Assembly: GCF_003018255.1 (NCBI RefSeq)
Contig: NZ_CP027440.1
DNA length: 64,000 nucleotides
Strand: one strand, 5' to 3'
DNA from: Escherichia coli
Lineage (GTDB): Bacteria > Pseudomonadota > Gammaproteobacteria > Enterobacterales > Enterobacteriaceae
The notes beneath the pieces are model-generated. The model was not told the origin of the DNA. It saw only the letters and a list, made by a program, of their open reading frames with translations, and ran no database searches. Position numbers and translations under genes: made by a program. This document shows positions 46,024-59,734 of the stretch, one piece after another. Every line of letters begins with the position of its first letter. The stretch's first letter is position 1.

Positions 46024-46287
46024 ATTTGCTCCTCAATAACCATTTTTAGTGCCTGTAGCATAGCGGATGAGGATGTCAGAAAATGTATATTGAGACAAAA
46101 GATGCGCAAATAAGCGGGGCGGTAGGCCGTTATTCAAAGAAATTCGCGCCAGGTAAGGTGTTCACTGTATATAAGGTGATAAGGGTATTTTAGGTGAAAG
46201 TAGTTTGACGTTTTGAGTGGAACTGTTTGATGCTGATTGCCCGGTTCGACGCTGCTGCGTCTTCTCAGGACTACGATTGTGTTGCGT

Positions 46288-46325
46288 TGTAGGGCGGACA
46301 AGGCACTCGCGCCGTATCCGCCAAC
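46288..46325. repeat. REP element in yebF-yebE spacer
   Basis: Minus strand reads cggatacggcgcgagtgccttgtccgccctac, matching the REP palindromic unit. Confidence 0.6.
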
Positions 46326-46349
46326 GGTCAATCGAATTATCAGAAGCCA

Positions 46350-46754
<405 letters not shown>

Positions 46755-46772
46755 TCAGGAGCGCAAGTTGCT

Positions 46773-47063
46773 TCAGGCCGCGTGTGAGGCATCTTCCTCT
46801 TCGGATTCAGCACCGACGACCTGTGGGGACGGTAATTTGCCGGTTTTCAGAATGGTGCTCAGCACATCTTTTTGTTCTGCCAGCCATAGCGAAAGGGCTT
46901 CACGTTGCTCGTCTTCCATTTGCACTGGAGAATTTGTCAGCCAGGTGTCAAGCAGATCCGCCGTATCAAGCATTTTGTCATAAGCATCGGCTTCCTTTTT
47001 GCTGGTAAACGACATTTTCTCTTCGCCCTCACGAATGACTACGTATTTAACTTCAACCGCCAT
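46773..47063 (-). CDS. yebG: SOS-inducible DNA-damage protein YebG, 96 aa
   Basis: ORF 46773..47063 minus; LexA box immediately upstream. Confidence 0.93.
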   Translation of the reverse strand: MAVEVKYVVIREGEEKMSFTSKKEADAYDKMLDTADLLDTWLTNSPVQMEDEQREALSLWLAEQKDVLSTILKTGKLPSPQVVGAESEEEDASHAA

Positions 47064-47080
47064 TTGCAGCCTCTCATAAT

Positions 47081-47100
47081 AACTGTGATTTTATACAGTA
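47081..47100. promoter_or_regulatory. LexA (SOS) box in yebG promoter
   Basis: aaCTGTgattttatACAGta, the CTGT-N8-ACAG palindrome, 18 bp upstream of yebG start. Confidence 0.8.
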
Positions 47101-47196
47101 TATTTCTTCTCGATTGGGAAATCAACATCAACAATAAAGACACGCGCAAACGTTTTCGTTTATACTGCGCGCGGAATAAATCAGGGGATATTCGTT

Positions 47197-48375
47197 ATGA
47201 CGTTATTAGGCACTGCGCTGCGTCCGGCAGCAACTCGCGTGATGTTATTAGGCTCCGGTGAACTGGGTAAAGAAGTGGCAATCGAGTGTCAGCGTCTCGG
47301 CGTAGAGGTGATTGCCGTCGATCGCTATGCCGACGCACCAGCCATGCATGTCGCGCATCGCTCCCATGTCATTAATATGCTTGATGGTGATGCATTACGC
47401 CGTGTGGTTGAACTGGAAAAACCACATTATATCGTGCCGGAGATCGAAGCTATTGCCACCGATATGCTGATCCAACTTGAAGAGGAAGGACTGAATGTTG
47501 TCCCCTGCGCTCGCGCAACGAAATTAACGATGAATCGCGAGGGTATCCGTCGCCTGGCAGCAGAAGAGCTGCAGCTGCCCACTTCCACTTATCGTTTTGC
47601 CGATAACGAAAACCTTTTCCGCGAGGCGGTTGCTGAAATCGGCTATCCCTGCATTGTTAAACCGGTGATGAGTTCCTCCGGCAAGGGGCAGACGTTTATT
47701 CGTTCTGCAGAGCAACTTGCTCATGCATGGGAGTACGCTCAGCAAGGCGGTCGCGCCGGAGCGGGCCGCGTAATTGTTGAAGGCGTCGTTAAGTTTGACT
47801 TCGAAATTACCCTGCTAACCGTCAGCGCGGTGGATGGCGTCCATTTCTGTGCACCGGTAGGTCATCGCCAGGAAGATGGCGACTATCGTGAATCCTGGCA
47901 ACCACAGCAAATGAGCCAGCTGGCTTTGGAACGTGCGCAAGAGATTGCCCGTAAAGTGGTGCTGGCACTGGGCGGTTATGGGCTGTTTGGTGTCGAGCTG
48001 TTTGTCTGTGGTGATGAGGTGATTTTCAGTGAGGTCTCCCCTCGCCCACATGATACCGGGATGGTGACGTTAATTTCTCAGGATCTCTCGGAGTTTGCCC
48101 TGCATGTGCGAGCCTTTCTCGGACTTCCGGTTGGCGGGATCCGTCAGTATGGTCCTGCAGCTTCTGCCGTTATCCTGCCACAACTGACCAGTCAGAATGT
48201 CACGTTTGATAATGTGCAGAATGCCGTAGGCGCAGGCATACAGATTCGTTTATTTGGTAAGCCGGAAATTGATGGCAGCCGTCGTCTGGGTGTTGCGCTG
48301 GCGACCGCTGAGAGTGTTGATGAAGCGATTGAGCGCGCAAAGCACGCCGCCGGACAGGTAAAAGTACAGGGTTAA
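47197..48375 (+). CDS. purT: Formate-dependent GAR transformylase PurT, 392 aa
   Basis: ORF 47197..48375; ATP-grasp translation. Confidence 0.95.
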   Translation: MTLLGTALRPAATRVMLLGSGELGKEVAIECQRLGVEVIAVDRYADAPAMHVAHRSHVINMLDGDALRRVVELEKPHYIVPEIEAIATDMLIQLEEEGLNVVPCARATKLTMNREGIRRLAAEELQLPTSTYRFADNENLFREAVAEIGYPCIVKPVMSSSGKGQTFIRSAEQLAHAWEYAQQGGRAGAGRVIVEGVVKFDFEITLLTVSAVDGVHFCAPVGHRQEDGDYRESWQPQQMSQLALERAQEIARKVVLALGGYGLFGVELFVCGDEVIFSEVSPRPHDTGMVTLISQDLSEFALHVRAFLGLPVGGIRQYGPAASAVILPQLTSQNVTFDNVQNAVGAGIQIRLFGKPEIDGSRRLGVALATAESVDEAIERAKHAAGQVKVQG

Positions 48376-48395
48376 ACCCGGCAAAAAAACGCTAC

Positions 48396-48426
48396 AAAAA
48401 TGCCCGATCCTCGATCGGGCATTTTG
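48396..48426. terminator. Bidirectional intrinsic terminator between convergent purT and eda
   Basis: aaaaatgcccgatc-ctc-gatcgggcatttt. Confidence 0.75.
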
Positions 48427-48430
48427 ACTT

Positions 48431-49072
48431 TTACAGCTTAGCGCCTTCTACAGCTTCACGCGCCAGCTTAGTAATGCGGTCGTAATCGCCCGCTTCCAGC
48501 GCATCTGCCGGAACCAGCCAGGAACCACCGATGCACAGCACGCTTTTCAGCGCCAGGTAGTCACGGTAGTTAGCCGGAGAAATACCACCTGTCGGGCAGA
48601 AACGGACCTGGGAGAACGGACCCGCGATCGCCTGCAGGGCTTTCACACCGCCGTTAGCTTCAGCCGGGAAGAATTTGAACTCTTTCAAACCGTAGTCCAT
48701 ACCCAGCATCAGTTCGGAAACAGTGCTGATCCCCGGAATCAGAGGAATAGTCCCTTCGGTAGCAGCTTTCAGCAGCGGCTCGGTCAGACCCGGGCTAATT
48801 GCAAACTGTGCACCCGCTTCAGTGACTTCTGCCAGCTGCTGTGGATTCAGCACCGTACCGGCACCCACAATCGCTTCAGGCACTTCTTTGGCGATAGCAC
48901 GGATAGCGTCAACTGCGCACTCGGTACGCAGAGTCACTTCCAGAACGCGCACCCCACCAGCAACCAACGCTTTTGCCATCGGCACCGCGTGTTCCAGTTT
49001 TTTTACCACGATAACCGGTACAACCGGGCCGGTGGTCAGGATTGATTCTGCACTTGTTTTCCAGTTTTTCAT
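48431..49072 (-). CDS. eda: KHG/KDPG aldolase Eda, 213 aa
   Basis: ORF 48431..49072 minus. Confidence 0.96.
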
Positions 49073-49108
49073 CAGAGTTTTCTCTCGCCTGATTACAAAT
49101 TTGTCGTC

Positions 49109-50920
49109 TTAAAAAGTGATACAGGTTGCGCCCTGTTCGGCACCGGACAGTTTTTCACGCAAGGCGCTGAATAATTCACGTCCTGTTCCCACGCGTGACG
49201 CGCTCAGGTCAGGAATGTGTGGTTCGCGAGCAGCCAGTTCCGCTTCGTCTACCAGCAGCGTCAGTTCGCCTGTCTGTCCATTCACACGAATGATGTCCCC
49301 GTCGCGCACTTTTGCCAGCAGCCCGCCATCGTAGGCTTCTGGTGTTACGTGGATAGCTGACGGCACTTTACCTGAAGCGCCGGAGAGTCGTCCATCAGTA
49401 ACTAACGCAATTTTGAAACACCGGTCCAATAATACACCAAGTGGCGGCATGAGTTTATGTAATTCTGGCATTCCGTTCGCTTTTGGCCCCTGATGACGGA
49501 CAACAACGACACAATCGCGGTCCAGCAAACCCGCTTCAAAGGCCGGCATAACGTCATGCTGGCTTTCAAAAACAACCGCAGGCGCTTCAATCACCTGGTT
49601 CTCTACCGGCACGGCAGAGGTTTTCATAACCGCACGGCCCAGGTTACCGCTTAACACTTTTGTCCCACCATGATGAGAGAAAGGTTGTTCGAAGGAAGCG
49701 ATCACATTGCTGTCGAGTGATTTTTCCGCCCCTTCCCGCCAGTCCAGTTCACCATTATTCAGCCATGGTTCAAGGGTATAACGAGACAGACCAAAGCCTG
49801 CCACCGTATTGACATCTTCATGCAGCAGGCCTGCTTTGAGCAGTTCACGCACCAGAACCGGTACGCCACCTGCCGCCTGGAAGTGGTTAATATCGGCCGG
49901 ACCGTTCGGGTAGAGACGTGCCATCAGCGGTACAACATCAGAAAGGTCAGAGAAGTCATCCCAGTTAATCTGAATACCGGCTGCGCGCGCCATCGCCACC
50001 AGGTGCATGGTGTGGTTAGTGGAACCACCGGTCGCCAGCAGTGCAACGATACCGTTCACCACCACTTTCTCATCGATCATCTTACCGATCGGCATCCATT
50101 CATTACCATTACCGGTCATGCGCGTAACCTGGCGCGCAGCTGCAGCGGTCAAAGCATCGCGCAGCGGAGAATCCGGATGAACAAAAGAAGAGCCTGGCAA
50201 CTGCATCCCCATAAACTCCACCACCATCTGGTTGGTGTTGGCAGTACCGTAGAAAGTACATGTTCCCGGCGCATGATAAGACGCGGCTTCTGACTCCAGT
50301 AGTGCCATGCGGTCCACTTTACCTTCGGCATAAAGCTGGCGAATACGCACTTTTTCTTTATTTGGCAAACCGCTTGCCATCGGTCCAGACGGCACAAACA
50401 CCGCAGGCAAATGCCCAAACGACAGGGCTGCCATCGTCAGACCCGGGACAATCTTGTCGCACACACCGAGGAACAGAGCACCATCAAACATGTTATGGGA
50501 CAGCCCCACCGCCGCAGACATCGCAATCACTTCGCGGCTTAACAGCGACAATTCCATTCCATCCTGCCCCTGGGTGACACCATCACACATCGCCGGAACA
50601 CCGCCTGCAACCTGACCAACCGCATTTGCTTCATGCAGGGCTTTACGAATGATTTCTGGATAGTGTTCATAAGGCTGGTGCGCGGAGAGCATGTCGTTAT
50701 AGGAGGTGATGATGGCGATATTGTTACGCAACATGCTTTTCAAAGAGGCTTTGTCTTCTGGCTGGCAGGCAGCGAAACCGTGTGCCAGGTTACCGCATGC
50801 CAACTGCGAACGATGAACGGTCGAAGTTTTCGCTTGTTCTATCCGGGCGAGGTAAGCAGAGCGAGTCTCGCGCGAACGTTCAATGATTCGATTTGTTACA
50901 CGTAACAATTGTGGATTCAT
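49109..50920 (-). CDS. edd: Phosphogluconate dehydratase Edd, 603 aa
   Basis: Internal ATG ([16 protein letters not shown]) of ORF 49109..50986; IlvD/Edd family. Confidence 0.94.
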   Translation of the reverse strand: MNPQLLRVTNRIIERSRETRSAYLARIEQAKTSTVHRSQLACGNLAHGFAACQPEDKASLKSMLRNNIAIITSYNDMLSAHQPYEHYPEIIRKALHEANAVGQVAGGVPAMCDGVTQGQDGMELSLLSREVIAMSAAVGLSHNMFDGALFLGVCDKIVPGLTMAALSFGHLPAVFVPSGPMASGLPNKEKVRIRQLYAEGKVDRMALLESEAASYHAPGTCTFYGTANTNQMVVEFMGMQLPGSSFVHPDSPLRDALTAAAARQVTRMTGNGNEWMPIGKMIDEKVVVNGIVALLATGGSTNHTMHLVAMARAAGIQINWDDFSDLSDVVPLMARLYPNGPADINHFQAAGGVPVLVRELLKAGLLHEDVNTVAGFGLSRYTLEPWLNNGELDWREGAEKSLDSNVIASFEQPFSHHGGTKVLSGNLGRAVMKTSAVPVENQVIEAPAVVFESQHDVMPAFEAGLLDRDCVVVVRHQGPKANGMPELHKLMPPLGVLLDRCFKIALVTDGRLSGASGKVPSAIHVTPEAYDGGLLAKVRDGDIIRVNGQTGELTLLVDEAELAAREPHIPDLSASRVGTGRELFSALREKLSGAEQGATCITF

Positions 50921-51154
50921 AAAGGCTCCTGAAATTGAGTTGTCAGAGCAGGATGATTCACAACACGTTTCATTCAGAGGATTCATGACTGAAACGCCTG
51001 TAACCGGAGCTCATAGGGCAAAAACGTTTCAGTCAGTGTAATAAAAAAAGCCTCGTGGGTGAATCCGCACGAGGCCTGAAAGTGTAAAAATTGTTCTACA
51101 ATCTGTGCAAGATCATGTTACCGGTAAAATAACCATAAAGGATGAGCGCAGATA

Positions 51155-52630
51155 TTACTCAAACTCATTCCAGGAACGACCATCACGGGTAATCATCGCC
51201 ACTGAGGCAACGGGTCCCCAGGTTCCGGCCTGATACGGTTTCGGCGCATCATTGTCCATCGCCCACGCCTCAGTAATGGAGTCTACCCATTTCCAGGCTT
51301 CTTCCACTTCATCGCGACGTACGAACAGTGCCTGAATACCACGCATGGTTTCCAGCAGCAGACGTTCATAGGCATCTGCCAGATGCGTTTGATTAAAGGT
51401 TTCTGAATAGCTCAGATCCAGCTTGGTGATTTGCAGGTTATGTTTATGGTCAAGGCCAGGAACTTTATTTAGTACCTGGATATCCACGCCTTCATCAGGT
51501 TGCAGACGGATAGTCAGTTTATTCTGCGGCAGATCCTGCCACGACTCTTTAAACAGATTCAGTTCAGGTGTTTTGAAATAGACCACGACTTCAGAACATT
51601 TGGTCGGCAGACGTTTACCAGTACGCAGGTAGAATGGCACACCGGCCCAGCGCCAGTTATCAATGTCGACGCGGATCGCCACGAAGGTTTCTGTATTGCT
51701 GCTCTTGTTCGCGCCCTCTTCTTCCAGATATCCCGGCACTTTTTTGCCCTGGGCGAAGCCCGCAGTATATTGCCCGCGTACGGTTTTTTCGCGCACGTTG
51801 GAGCGGTCAATGCGGCGCAGAGACTTCAGTACTTTCACTTTTTCATCGCGGATGCTGTCTGCACTCAGGTCAGACGGCGGAGACATCGCAATCATGCAAA
51901 GAATTTGCAGCAGGTGGTTCTGGATCATGTCGCGCATCTGACCGGCTTTATCAAAATAGCCCCAGCGCCCTTCGATCCCCACTTCTTCTGCCACGGTAAT
52001 CTCAACATGATCAATGGTGCGATTGTCCCAGTTATTCACAAACAGGGAGTTAGCAAAACGCAGCGCCAACAGGTTCAGCACCGTTTCTTTACCAAGATAG
52101 TGGTCGATACGGTAAACCTGGCACTCCTCGAAGTATTCGCCAACCTGATCGTTGATTTCCTGCGAGGTCGCCAGCGACGTCCCCAGCGGTTTCTCCATGA
52201 CTACGCGTGCCGGTTTAGCATTCAGTTTTGCCTCACCAAGCCCTTTGCAAATTGCGCCAAAAGTGCTGGGCGGCATGGCAAAGTAGTTAATGGTGATACG
52301 ATTTTTTTGATCCAGCATCGCGCCGAGACGGCTGAATGCAGCAGTGTCATTGACATCGAGATTACAAAAATCCAGACGTGCACTCAGGGTGTCCCATAAA
52401 CCTTCATCAATGGTTTCTTTCATGAAAGTTTCGAGCGCCTCGCGGACAACTTTGGTATAAGCCGCTTTATCCCAGTCAGCACGCCCTACGCCGATAATCC
52501 GGGTGTCCGGGTTGAGCTGACCGGCTTTTTCCAGTTGATACAGGGAAGGCAGCAATTTACGACGCGCAAGGTCGCCTTTCGCGCCGAAAATGACCAGGTC
52601 ACAGGCCTGGGCTGTTTGCGTTACCGCCAT
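51155..52630 (-). CDS. zwf: Glucose-6-phosphate 1-dehydrogenase Zwf, 491 aa
   Basis: ORF 51155..52630 minus; NADP-binding and RIDHYLGKE active-site motif. Confidence 0.96.
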   Translation of the reverse strand: MAVTQTAQACDLVIFGAKGDLARRKLLPSLYQLEKAGQLNPDTRIIGVGRADWDKAAYTKVVREALETFMKETIDEGLWDTLSARLDFCNLDVNDTAAFSRLGAMLDQKNRITINYFAMPPSTFGAICKGLGEAKLNAKPARVVMEKPLGTSLATSQEINDQVGEYFEECQVYRIDHYLGKETVLNLLALRFANSLFVNNWDNRTIDHVEITVAEEVGIEGRWGYFDKAGQMRDMIQNHLLQILCMIAMSPPSDLSADSIRDEKVKVLKSLRRIDRSNVREKTVRGQYTAGFAQGKKVPGYLEEEGANKSSNTETFVAIRVDIDNWRWAGVPFYLRTGKRLPTKCSEVVVYFKTPELNLFKESWQDLPQNKLTIRLQPDEGVDIQVLNKVPGLDHKHNLQITKLDLSYSETFNQTHLADAYERLLLETMRGIQALFVRRDEVEEAWKWVDSITEAWAMDNDAPKPYQAGTWGPVASVAMITRDGRSWNEFE

Positions 52631-52967
52631 GTCATTCTCCTTAAGTTAACTATCCCGGTACTTAAGCCAGGGTATACTTGTAATTTTCTTACGGTGCACT
52701 GTACTGCTTTTACGAGCTTGCGAAAACTGTAAACGCTTATCCACCCGTGCGATTACGGTAAAAGCGCGCAAAGTGCGGCAAAACTGATAAAAAAATCATC
52801 GTTTTCCATTGGGTAAAAATCTGACACTGATCATGTTATGAAAAAAAATAACAACTTTTTTATCTGCTTTTGTCATTAACACAGCACACAGGCGTAATAT
52901 CTGACAAAACTGCATTTCGATTTCTTTCAGAGCGGAAATCGTCATTACCCGTGAGTCTCTTTACATC

Positions 52968-53837
52968 ATGAATATGCTGGAAAAAATCCAGTCTCAGCTG
53001 GAACATTTGAGCAAATCTGAGCGCAAAGTTGCCGAGGTCATTCTGGCTTCGCCCGATAACGCGATCCATTCGAGTATTGCTGCTCTGGCGCTGGAAGCCA
53101 ATGTTAGCGAACCGACGGTGAATCGTTTCTGTCGCAGCATGGACACTCGCGGTTTTCCTGATTTTAAACTTCATCTGGCACAAAGTCTGGCGAATGGCAC
53201 TCCCTATGTTAATCGCAACGTCAATGAAGATGACAGCGTTGAATCATACACGGGGAAAATATTTGAGTCCGCAATGGCAACGCTCGATCATGTCCGTCAT
53301 TCACTGGATAAATCTGCCATCAACCGCGCCGTCGATTTGCTCACTCAGGCAAAAAAAATCGCCTTTTTCGGATTAGGCTCTTCAGCCGCCGTTGCCCACG
53401 ATGCGATGAATAAGTTCTTTCGTTTTAATGTTCCGGTGGTGTACTCCGATGATATCGTGCTGCAACGCATGAGTTGTATGAATTGTAGCGACGGAGACGT
53501 GGTGGTGCTGATTTCTCACACGGGAAGAACAAAAAATCTGGTCGAGCTGGCGCAGCTGGCACGCGAAAACGACGCCATAGTGATTGCCCTCACCTCTGCG
53601 GGTACCCCGCTCGCCCGGGAAGCAACGCTGGCAATTACCCTCGACGTACCGGAAGATACTGACATTTATATGCCCATGGTTTCTCGACTTGCGCAGCTGA
53701 CCGTGATAGATGTGCTGGCGACAGGATTTACTTTGCGACGCGGTGCAAAATTCAGAGATAACTTGAAGCGGGTCAAGGAAGCGCTGAAGGAATCGCGTTT
53801 TGATAAGCAGCTACTTAATTTAAGTGACGATCGCTAA
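52968..53837 (+). CDS. hexR: RpiR/HexR-family transcriptional regulator HexR (YebK), 289 aa
   Basis: ORF 52968..53837; HTH plus SIS domain; divergent from zwf. Confidence 0.93.
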
Positions 53838-53964
53838 AAACGACTGTCACTGTCCTAATCTTATACGACATCCGAATGAGATTAATTTATCGCCATCGCG
53901 GCGTTATTTCATTCGGATTTCATGTTCAAGCAACACCTGGTTGTTTCAGTCAACGGAGTATTAC

Positions 53965-55407
53965 ATGTCCAGAAGGCTTCGCAGAACAAAAATCGTTACC
54001 ACGTTAGGCCCAGCAACAGATCGCGATAATAACCTTGAAAAAGTTATCGCAGCGGGTGCCAACGTTGTACGTATGAACTTTTCTCACGGCTCGCCTGAAG
54101 ATCACAAAATGCGCGCGGATAAAGTTCGTGAAATTGCCGCAAAACTGGGGCGTCATGTGGCTATTCTGGGTGACCTCCAGGGGCCCAAAATTCGTGTATC
54201 CACCTTTAAAGAAGGCAAAGTTTTCCTCAATATTGGGGATAAATTCCTGCTCGACGCCAACCTGGGTAAAGGTGAAGGCGACAAAGAAAAAGTCGGTATC
54301 GACTACAAAGGCCTGCCTGCTGACGTCGTGCCTGGTGACATCCTGCTGCTGGACGATGGTCGCGTTCAGTTAAAAGTACTGGAAGTTCAGGGCATGAAAG
54401 TGTTCACCGAAGTGACCGTCGGTGGTCCCCTCTCCAACAATAAAGGTATCAACAAACTTGGCGGCGGTTTGTCGGCTGAAGCGCTGACCGAAAAAGACAA
54501 AGCAGACATTAAGACTGCAGCGTTAATTGGCGTAGATTACCTGGCTGTCTCCTTCCCACGCTGCGGCGAAGATCTGAACTATGCCCGTCGGCTGGCACGC
54601 GATGCAGGATGTGATGCGAAAATTGTTGCCAAGGTTGAACGTGCGGAAGCCGTTTGCAGCCAGGATGCAATGGATGACATCATCCTCGCCTCTGACGTGG
54701 TAATGGTTGCTCGCGGCGACCTCGGTGTGGAAATTGGCGATCCGGAACTGGTCGGCATTCAGAAAGCGTTGATCCGTCGTGCGCGTCAGCTTAACCGCGC
54801 AGTAATCACGGCGACCCAGATGATGGAGTCAATGATTACTAACCCGATGCCGACGCGTGCAGAAGTCATGGACGTAGCAAACGCCGTTCTGGATGGTACT
54901 GACGCTGTGATGCTTTCTGCAGAAACTGCTGCTGGTCAGTATCCGTCAGAAACCGTTGCAGCCATGGCACGCGTTTGCCTGGGCGCGGAAAAAATCCCGA
55001 GCATCAACGTTTCTAAACACCGTCTGGACGTTCAGTTCGACAATGTGGAAGAAGCCATTGCCATGTCAGCAATGTACGCGGCTAACCACCTGAAAGGCGT
55101 TACGGCGATCATCACCATGACCGAATCGGGTCGTACCGCGCTGATGACCTCCCGTATCAGCTCTGGTCTGCCAATTTTCGCCATGTCACGCCATGAACGT
55201 ACGCTGAACCTGACTGCTCTCTATCGCGGCGTTACGCCGGTGCACTTTGATAGCGCTAATGACGGCGTAGCGGCTGCCAGCGAAGCGGTTAATCTGCTGC
55301 GCGATAAAGGTTACTTGATGTCTGGTGACCTGGTGATTGTCACCCAGGGCGACGTGATGAGTACCGTGGGTTCTACTAATACCACGCGTATTTTAACGGT
55401 AGAGTAA
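53965..55407 (+). CDS. pykA: Pyruvate kinase II (PykA), 480 aa
   Basis: Internal ATG at 53965 ([19 protein letters not shown]) of ORF 53824..55407; SD ggag upstream. Confidence 0.95.
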
Positions 55408-55414
55408 GTACGTT

Positions 55415-55448
55415 GCCGGATGCGGCGAAAACGCCTCATCCGGCCTAC
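55415..55448. repeat. REP element downstream of pykA
   Basis: gccggatgcggcgaaaacgcctcatccggcctac. Confidence 0.7.
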
Positions 55449-55514
55449 AGTTCAATGATAATTCAACAGATTTCGAATCTTCTGAAGCAAACTTGAACTT
55501 ATCACCAGTCGAAG

Positions 55515-55540
55515 GCCTCTCCTCGCGAGAGGCATTTTTT
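55515..55540 (+). terminator. Intrinsic terminator after pykA; U-tract overlaps lpxM stop codon
   Basis: gcctctc-ctcgc-gagaggc followed by atttttt. Confidence 0.7.
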
Positions 55541-56510
55541 ATTTGATGGGATAAAGATCTTTGCGCTTATACGGTTGGATTTCGCCCGGTTTGCGAGTTT
55601 TCAGCAATTTTAATATCCAGGTGTATTGTTCTGGTCGCGGACCAACAAAAATCTCGACTTCTTCATTCATCCGCCGCGCAATCGTATGATCATCCGCCTC
55701 TAACAGATCATCCATCGGTGGGCGCACCTGAATCGTCAAACGATGCGTTTTGCCATCATAAATCGGAAACAGCGGTACAACGCGCGCACGGCACACTTTC
55801 ATCAAACGACCAATCGCAGGCAACGTCGCTTTATAGGTGGCAAAGAAATCAACAAATTCGCTGTGCTCTGGGCCATGATCCTGATCGGGTAAATAATATC
55901 CCCAGTAGCCCTGACGTACCGACTGGATGAATGGTTTAATACCATCATTTCTCGCATGCAGACGACCGCCAAAGCGACGACGCACCGTGTTCCAGACATA
56001 ATCAAAAACCGGGTTGCCCTGATTATGGAACATCGCTGCCATTTTCTGCCCTTGCGAGGCCATCAGCATGGCAGGAATATCGACGGCCCAACCGTGCGGC
56101 ACCAGAAAAATCACTTTCTCGTTATTACGCCGCATCTCTTCGATAATCTCCAGCCCTTGCCAGTCAACGCGCGGCTGAATTTTCTCCGGCCCGCGTATTG
56201 CCAACTCAGCCATCATTGCCATCGCTTGCGGCGCGGTGGCAAACATCTCATCTACAATCGCTTCGCGTTCAGCTTCACTACGTTCTGGAAAGCAGAGCGA
56301 CAGATTGATTAACGCACGACGGCGTGAGCTTTTTCCCAGTCGTCCGGCAAAACGTCCCAGCCGTGCCAGAATGGGATCACGGAACTTTGGCGGCGTTAAA
56401 GCGATACCCGCCATCGCGGCTACGCCCAGCCATGCTCCCCAGTAGCGCGGGTGGCGAAAGGATTTATCAAACTCAGGAATGTATTCGCTATTATTTTTTT
56501 TCGTTTCCAT
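55539..56510 (-). CDS. lpxM: Lipid A myristoyl acyltransferase LpxM (MsbB), 323 aa
   Basis: ORF 55539..56510 minus. Confidence 0.95.
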
Positions 56511-56629
56511 GCTTTTCCAGTTTCGGATAAGGCAAAAATCAATCTGGTGATAGTGTAGCGGCGCAACTTGCCCCGCACCAAATAAAAAAAGCCGGTACTG
56601 ACTGCGTACCGGCTGCGAATGGATGTTAA

Positions 56630-57952
56630 TTAATCAAACCGTAGCTGCGGCACAATCTCTTTGGCCTGCGCCAGGAATTCGCGACGATCGGAGCCGGTCA
56701 GCCCTTCGGTACGCGGCAGTTTTGCCGTCAGCGGGTTTACGGCCTGCTGGTTTATCCATACTTCATAGTGCAGATGCGGCCCGGTTGAACGTCCGGTATT
56801 ACCGGAAAGCGCGATACGGTCGCCACGTTTCACCTTCTGTCCCGGTTTCACCAGGATCTTGCGCAAGTGCATATAACGCGTGGTGTAGCTGCGACCATGA
56901 CGAATAGCCACATAATAACCTGCTGCGCCACTGCGTTTGGCAACCACCACTTCACCGTCACCCACTGAAAGCACTGGCGTACCTTGTGGCATGGCAAAAT
57001 CAACACCTCTGTGTGGCGCAACGCGACCGGTCACCGGATTAGTACGACGCGGGTTAAAGTTAGATGAGATACGGAACTGTTTCGCCGTCGGGAATCGCAA
57101 GAATCCTTTCGCCAGACCAGTACCGTTACGATCGTAGAATTTGCCATCTTCAGCGCGGATTGCGTAATAATCTTTACCTTCTGAACGCAAACGTACGCCC
57201 AGCAGCTGGCTTTGCTCACGTTTACCATCAAGCATTTCTCGTGACATTAACACCGCAAATTCATCGCCTTTTTTCAGTTTGCGGAAATCCATTTGCCACT
57301 GCATGGCTTTAATCACTGCGCTCACTTCGGCGCTGGTTAAACCGGCGTTTCTGGCGCTGGCAACAAAGCTTCCCCCGACGGTACCTTTCAGCAGATTGTT
57401 GACCCACTCTCCTTGCTGCATTTCGCTGGTCATTTTAAAACCGTTAGCGGCAGTACGGTCATAGGTTCGGGTTTCACGACGAGACACTTCCCAGGTGAGG
57501 CGCTGCAGTTCGCCGTCCGCGGTTAATGTCCAGGAGAGTTGTTGACCGATTTTCAGGTTACGCAATTCTTTGTCGGCAGCAGCCAGTTGGGTGATATCAC
57601 CCATATCAATACCATACTGATTGAGAATGCTGCTTAGCGTATCGCCAGTGGAAACAACATATTCATGCACGCCCGCTTCACCGGCGATTTTGTCATCCAG
57701 TTCATCCTGGGGAATGGCTTCATCTTCTTGTGCAGCTTGATCAATCGGCTCACTGGCTTCAGGTAAGAGCGAACGAATTTCGTTCTGTTCCAGCTCAATG
57801 GTTTTGACAATTGGCGTGGCATCGCGGTGATAAACATAGGGCCGCCAGACAGCGACGGCCAGAGTAAGAACGGTGAGCGACCCTAACATAACGCGGTGTG
57901 GTCGCGGTAAATTATTAAACGCCAGGGCGACAGAGCGGGCTATCTGTTGCAC
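56630..57952 (-). CDS. mepM: Murein DD-endopeptidase MepM (YebA), LysM plus M23 peptidase, 440 aa
   Basis: ORF 56630..57952 minus; M23 motifs HRGVDF and HLHYE. Confidence 0.94.
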
Positions 57953-57967
57953 GTAATCACTTCCTCA

Positions 57968-58900
57968 TTAATCTCCTTTCAGGCAGCTCGCATACTGGTT
58001 GGCTAATTGATTCAGGAATTCTGAATAGCTTGTTTTACCCAGTTTGATATTCGTCCCCAGGGGATCCAACGTTCCCATACGAACGGATGTCCCTCGTGCG
58101 ACGCTCTCAACGACCGCTGGCCTGAACTGTGGCTCAGCAAAAACGCAGGTTGCTTTTTGCTCAACCAACTGTGTTCTTATTTCATGTAAACGCTGCGCGC
58201 CAGGTTGAATCTCAGGGTTAACGGTAAAATGACCAAGCGGTGTCAGTCCGAACTGTTTTTCGAAGTAGCCGTAAGCATCGTGAAAAACGAAATAACCTTT
58301 CCCCTTGAGCGGCGCGAGCTCGTTACCAACCTGCGTTTCGGTTGAGGCTAATTGTGCCTCAAAATCCTTCAGGTTGGCGTCAAGTTTGGCTCGACTTTGC
58401 GGCATAAGTTCCACTAATTTTCCATGGATTGCAACCGCTGTAGCCCGCGCTATCTCTGGGGAAAGCCAAAGATGCATGTTGAAATCGCCGTGATGGTGAT
58501 CTTCGTCACTTTTTTCCGCGTGGTCGTGATCATCATCATCGTCGTGAATACTTTTCATCAGCAGCGGTTTCACATCTTCTAGCTGCGCAATCGTTACCTG
58601 TTTCGCTTCTGGTAATTTACTTACCGGTTTTTGCATGAACGCTTCCATCTCCGGGCCAACCCAAACGACTAAGTCCGCGTTCTGTAAGCGTTTTACATCC
58701 GATGGACGCAGTGAATAATCATGTTCTGAAGCGCCGTCAGGCAGTAAAACCTGCGTTTCTGTTACCCCATCAGCAATGGCAGAAGCGATGAACCCAACGG
58801 GTTTAAGCGAAGCGACAACGGCGGCATCTGCGGCCTGTGTTGCACCGCCCCAGAGAGCGGCGGATAATGCTGCGAAAAGAAGCGTTTTTTTATGTAACAT
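57968..58900 (-). CDS. znuA: Periplasmic zinc-binding protein ZnuA, 310 aa
   Basis: Internal ATG ([23 protein letters not shown]) of ORF 57968..59026; His/Asp-rich loop [21 protein letters not shown]. Confidence 0.94.
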   Translation of the reverse strand: MLHKKTLLFAALSAALWGGATQAADAAVVASLKPVGFIASAIADGVTETQVLLPDGASEHDYSLRPSDVKRLQNADLVVWVGPEMEAFMQKPVSKLPEAKQVTIAQLEDVKPLLMKSIHDDDDDHDHAEKSDEDHHHGDFNMHLWLSPEIARATAVAIHGKLVELMPQSRAKLDANLKDFEAQLASTETQVGNELAPLKGKGYFVFHDAYGYFEKQFGLTPLGHFTVNPEIQPGAQRLHEIRTQLVEQKATCVFAEPQFRPAVVESVARGTSVRMGTLDPLGTNIKLGKTSYSEFLNQLANQYASCLKGD

Positions 58901-58933
58901 AATGCGACCAATCATCGTAATGAATATGAGAAC

Positions 58934-58954
58934 TGTGATATTATAACATTTCAT
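58934..58954. promoter_or_regulatory. Zur box in divergent znuA / znuCB promoter region
   Basis: tgtgatattataacatttcat, a near-palindrome matching the Zur operator consensus as I recall it. Confidence 0.75.
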
Positions 58955-58978
58955 GACTACTGCAAGACTAAAATTAAC

Positions 58979-59734
58979 ATGACAAGTCTGGTTTCCCTGG
59001 AAAATGTCTCGGTTTCTTTTGGCCAACGCCGCGTCCTCTCTGATGTGTCGCTGGAACTTAAACCTGGAAAAATTTTGACTTTACTTGGGCCAAACGGCGC
59101 AGGTAAGTCGACACTGGTACGGGTAGTGCTCGGGCTGGTAACACCCGATGAAGGGGTTATCAAGCGCAACGGAAAACTGCGCATCGGCTATGTACCGCAG
59201 AAGCTGTATCTCGACACCACGTTGCCACTGACCGTAAACCGTTTTTTACGCTTACGCCCTGGCACACATAAAGAAGATATTTTGCCTGCACTGAAACGTG
59301 TCCAGGCCGGGCATCTGATTAACGCACCGATGCAAAAGCTCTCGGGTGGCGAAACGCAGCGTGTACTGTTAGCGCGAGCATTGTTAAATCGACCGCAATT
59401 ATTAGTGCTGGATGAACCCACTCAGGGCGTGGATGTGAATGGTCAGGTGGCGTTATATGACCTTATTGACCAACTGCGTCACGAACTGGATTGTGGCGTT
59501 TTAATGGTATCTCACGATCTGCATCTGGTAATGGCAAAAACCGATGAAGTGCTTTGCCTGAATCACCACATTTGTTGTTCCGGTACACCGGAAGTTGTTT
59601 CCCTGCATCCGGAGTTTATTTCTATGTTTGGTCCTCGTGGTGCTGAACAACTGGGTATCTATCGCCATCATCATAATCATCGTCACGATTTACAGGGACG
59701 AATTGTTTTGCGTCGGGGAAATGATCGCTCATGA
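58979..59734 (+). CDS. znuC: Zinc ABC transporter ATPase ZnuC, 251 aa
   Basis: ORF 58979..59734; Walker [13 protein letters not shown] signature LSGGETQR; His-rich C-terminus. Confidence 0.95.
   Translation: MTSLVSLENVSVSFGQRRVLSDVSLELKPGKILTLLGPNGAGKSTLVRVVLGLVTPDEGVIKRNGKLRIGYVPQKLYLDTTLPLTVNRFLRLRPGTHKEDILPALKRVQAGHLINAPMQKLSGGETQRVLLARALLNRPQLLVLDEPTQGVDVNGQVALYDLIDQLRHELDCGVLMVSHDLHLVMAKTDEVLCLNHHICCSGTPEVVSLHPEFISMFGPRGAEQLGIYRHHHNHRHDLQGRIVLRRGNDRS

Noticed and set aside
51500-52399. 299-aa plus-strand ORF
   Set aside because: Lies entirely antisense within zwf, whose identity is unambiguous; no SD; typical shadow ORF in GC-balanced coding DNA.
53824-53964. 47-codon upstream extension of pykA overlapping hexR 3' end
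   Set aside because: PykA begins [11 protein letters not shown] at ATG 53965 with an SD; the extension overlaps hexR.
58901-59026. 42-codon upstream extension of znuA
   Set aside because: Would run through the Zur operator and divergent promoter; the signal peptide begins at ATG 58898-58900.
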